Assembly (NCBI GenBank): GCA_051748445.1
Contig: JBNJHL010000003.1
Location: 1 to 47,315 of the forward strand
Reading direction: 5' to 3'
DNA: 47,315 nucleotides
Source: Bacillota bacterium
Lineage (GTDB): Bacteria; Bacillota; Dethiobacteria; DTU022
Position 1 is the stretch's first letter; every line of letters starts with the position of its first letter. Below are positions 45,374 to 47,315 of this stretch, piece by piece. The translations under genes were made by a program, and so were the position numbers. The notes beneath the pieces were generated by a model. That model saw nothing but the letters and a program-made list of their open reading frames with translations, was not told the DNA's origin and made no database searches.

Positions 45374-46503
45374 TGGTTGGTAGTAATAGCAATGTTAAAT
45401 GTGATCGCAACCTGCTGCTGGTTACCTTTCTGCTTTTAGGTATAGGTTTGATCATGGTTTTTAGTTCCAGTTTTATCGTTGCTGAAGAAAGCAGTGGTGA
45501 TCCCTATTATTTTCTAAAGCGTCAGGCCCTGTGGGTCGCCCTGGGCCTTATGGCAATGTATTTCTTTTCACGTTTTCATTACAAGTATTTAAGAAAGTTA
45601 TCATTGATTATTTTATTGTTGAACTTCGTACTGCTGGGTTTGGTCTTCAGCGGTTTTGGTTCTGATTTAGGAACAGAAGCCAAACGCTGGCTGGTTGTAG
45701 GGCCGGTTACTATTCAACCTTCGGAGTTTAGCAAGATAGCTTTTGTTATATTTACTGCTGCATATATGAGCAGCCGCAGGTTAAACCTGAGAAGTTTTTG
45801 GACCGGTAGTTTTGTTCCGCTGTTCTTTGTTGCTATTGCATTTTTCCTGATCCAGTTTCAACCTGATATGGGAACGGCCCTGGTGGTCCTGCTTGCTACA
45901 GCCCTGGTGATTGTTTTTGCCGGGATGCCTTTTTACCAGATGTTTGGCCTGGGACTTGTATCAGTTCCGCCAATTGCTTATTTTACTTTTAAAGAAGAAT
46001 ACCGGGTACAAAGAATTTTCACATTTATTGACCCCTGGGCTGATTCCAGTGGTTCTGGTTACCAGATTATCCAGTCTCTATATGCCCTGGGTCCGGGACA
46101 TATTTTCGGGGCAGGCTTGGGACGCAGCAAACAAAAGCTTTTTTACCTGCCTGAGCCGCATAATGATTTTATCTTTGCCGTAATTGGCGAAGAACTGGGT
46201 TTTATTGGGGCCACTTCGGTTCTTTTACTTTATCTTGTTTTAATCTGGCGCGGATTCCTGATTGCCCAGAGAGCACCGGATCTTTTCGGCAGCTTGCTGG
46301 CTGGTGGCATTACTTTTGTTATTGCTGTCCAGGTCATTATTAATGTCGGGGTAGTAACTGGCTCAATGCCGGTTACCGGCATTAACTTGCCATTGATCAG
46401 TACAGGTGGAAGTTCAGTATTTTTTGCCCTGATTGGTCTTGGAATATTATTGAACATTTCGAAATACGGGCGAACAGCAGATCCGTCCGGAAGGAGCGTC
46501 TGA
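45373..46503 (+). CDS. ftsW: SEDS peptidoglycan glycosyltransferase FtsW/SpoVE
   Basis: 10-TM SEDS family (QPSEF.K, PDMGT, LPE.HNDFIF, TG..LPL.S.GGSS). TGATG overlap with murD. Confidence 0.9.
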   Translation: MVGSNSNVKCDRNLLLVTFLLLGIGLIMVFSSSFIVAEESSGDPYYFLKRQALWVALGLMAMYFFSRFHYKYLRKLSLIILLLNFVLLGLVFSGFGSDLGTEAKRWLVVGPVTIQPSEFSKIAFVIFTAAYMSSRRLNLRSFWTGSFVPLFFVAIAFFLIQFQPDMGTALVVLLATALVIVFAGMPFYQMFGLGLVSVPPIAYFTFKEEYRVQRIFTFIDPWADSSGSGYQIIQSLYALGPGHIFGAGLGRSKQKLFYLPEPHNDFIFAVIGEELGFIGATSVLLLYLVLIWRGFLIAQRAPDLFGSLLAGGITFVIAVQVIINVGVVTGSMPVTGINLPLISTGGSSVFFALIGLGILLNISKYGRTADPSGRSV

Positions 46504-46506
46504 AAA

Positions 46507-47315
46507 TGAAAATATTAATCGGTGGAGGAGGAACAGGAGGCCATATCTATCCGGCACTTGCTTTAGCACGCTTTATTCAGGCAGAAGATAGTACCGCCGA
46601 CATCTTATTTGTCGGAACTGAGAAAGGCCTGGAAAGCACTATAGTTCCTTCAGCCGGTTTTCAGCTGAAATTTATAAAAGCACGAGGTTTTCAGCGAAAC
46701 ATAATACAGTTAGTTTCGACGGTTATTGATTTACTACGCGGTCTCTGGCAGGCTGGACGCATTATAGATAAATTCAAACCAAATGTTATTTTAGGCACGG
46801 GTGGTTATGTGGCAGCTCCTCTGGTTATATCCGGCCTTGTAAAAAGATATCCGGTTGTTCTTCATGAACAGAATGCCCTGCCGGGCCTGGTAAACCGAAA
46901 ATTGGCACCTTTTGTTAAAAAGGTTTGTTTATCTTTTGATGAGACCAAACACAGGTTGCCACGGCGCAGTAAAATAAGTTATACGGGAAACCCGAGAGCC
47001 TCTGAAGTTTCAGCGCTCACCAGGGAAAAAGGATGCCGGTTTTTCGGCCTGGACCCCGATAAGAGAAATATTCTGATTTATGGAGGAAGCCGTGGTGCAT
47101 TAAAAATAAACGAAGTCGTTTCTGAATATATTAAAGCAGAACTGTACCCTGAAGGGGTTAATTTTATTTATGTAACCGGAGAAATCTACTACAAGGATGT
47201 GGTAGAAAAGCTGGTGAAAAATGATGAAATGTTTAAAATTTTCCCCTACCTGGAGGAAATGCCCGAGGCGCTGGCTGCGGCAGATTTAGCTGTAACCAGG
47301 AGCGGGGCCACCACA
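46507..47315 (+). CDS. murG: UDP-N-acetylglucosamine--N-acetylmuramyl-(pentapeptide) pyrophosphoryl-undecaprenol GlcNAc transferase, 5' partial (runs off the window)
   Basis: My translation from ATG 46507 (SD GGAAGGAG): MKILIGGGGTGGHIYPALALA..., HEQNALPG. It is open to the end of the window and is not in the ORF track because no stop is reached. Confidence 0.88.

Noticed and set aside
1-47315. CRISPR arrays, tRNA/rRNA genes, transposases, integrases, toxin-antitoxin or known defence systems
   Set aside because: Reading both strands found no regularly spaced direct repeats, no cloverleaf-like or rRNA-like segments, and no ORF with recombinase, nuclease or defence-type motifs. The window is essentially housekeeping.

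Overview
This window looks like a core chromosomal region of a Firmicutes/Clostridia-type anaerobe. That call rests on gene order (secDF-recJ-relA-dtd-hisS-aspS, and a dcw cluster mraZ-rsmH-ftsL-PBP-murF-mraY-murD-ftsW-murG) and on strong GGAGG-type Shine-Dalgarno sites. Nearly all genes are on the + strand. They cover a NuoE/NuoF-type NAD-linked formate dehydrogenase operon, shikimate genes (aroA, aroC, aroB) interleaved with histidine genes (hisD, B, A, I, histidinol phosphatase), Ogt, SecDF, RecJ, Rel, Dtd, MgtE and cell-wall genes. I see no CRISPR array, tRNA or rRNA gene, transposase, prophage or recognisable defence island. The unusual content is as follows. (1) An 872-aa fusion of a putrescine-type omega-transaminase with an acyl-ACP-reductase-like domain. 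(2) An fdhA that lacks its C-terminal cap domain, abutted by an intact GH1 beta-glucosidase wedged between fdhA and fdhD. (3) An unannotated 59-aa Cys-rich ORF between the nuoE-like and nuoF-like genes. (4) A single 1032-aa HisRS-AspRS reading frame. (5) An HprK-like P-loop/Asp23 fusion. (6) A set of strongly structured intergenic elements of about 175-205 nt: one looks like a 6S RNA in the Bacillus aspS-downstream position, one lies next to 5-formyl-THF cyclo-ligase, and two bracket mgtE. (7) A 0.9-kb non-coding stretch upstream of mraZ. All homology statements come from reading the translated ORFs and from remembered family motifs. No searches were run.
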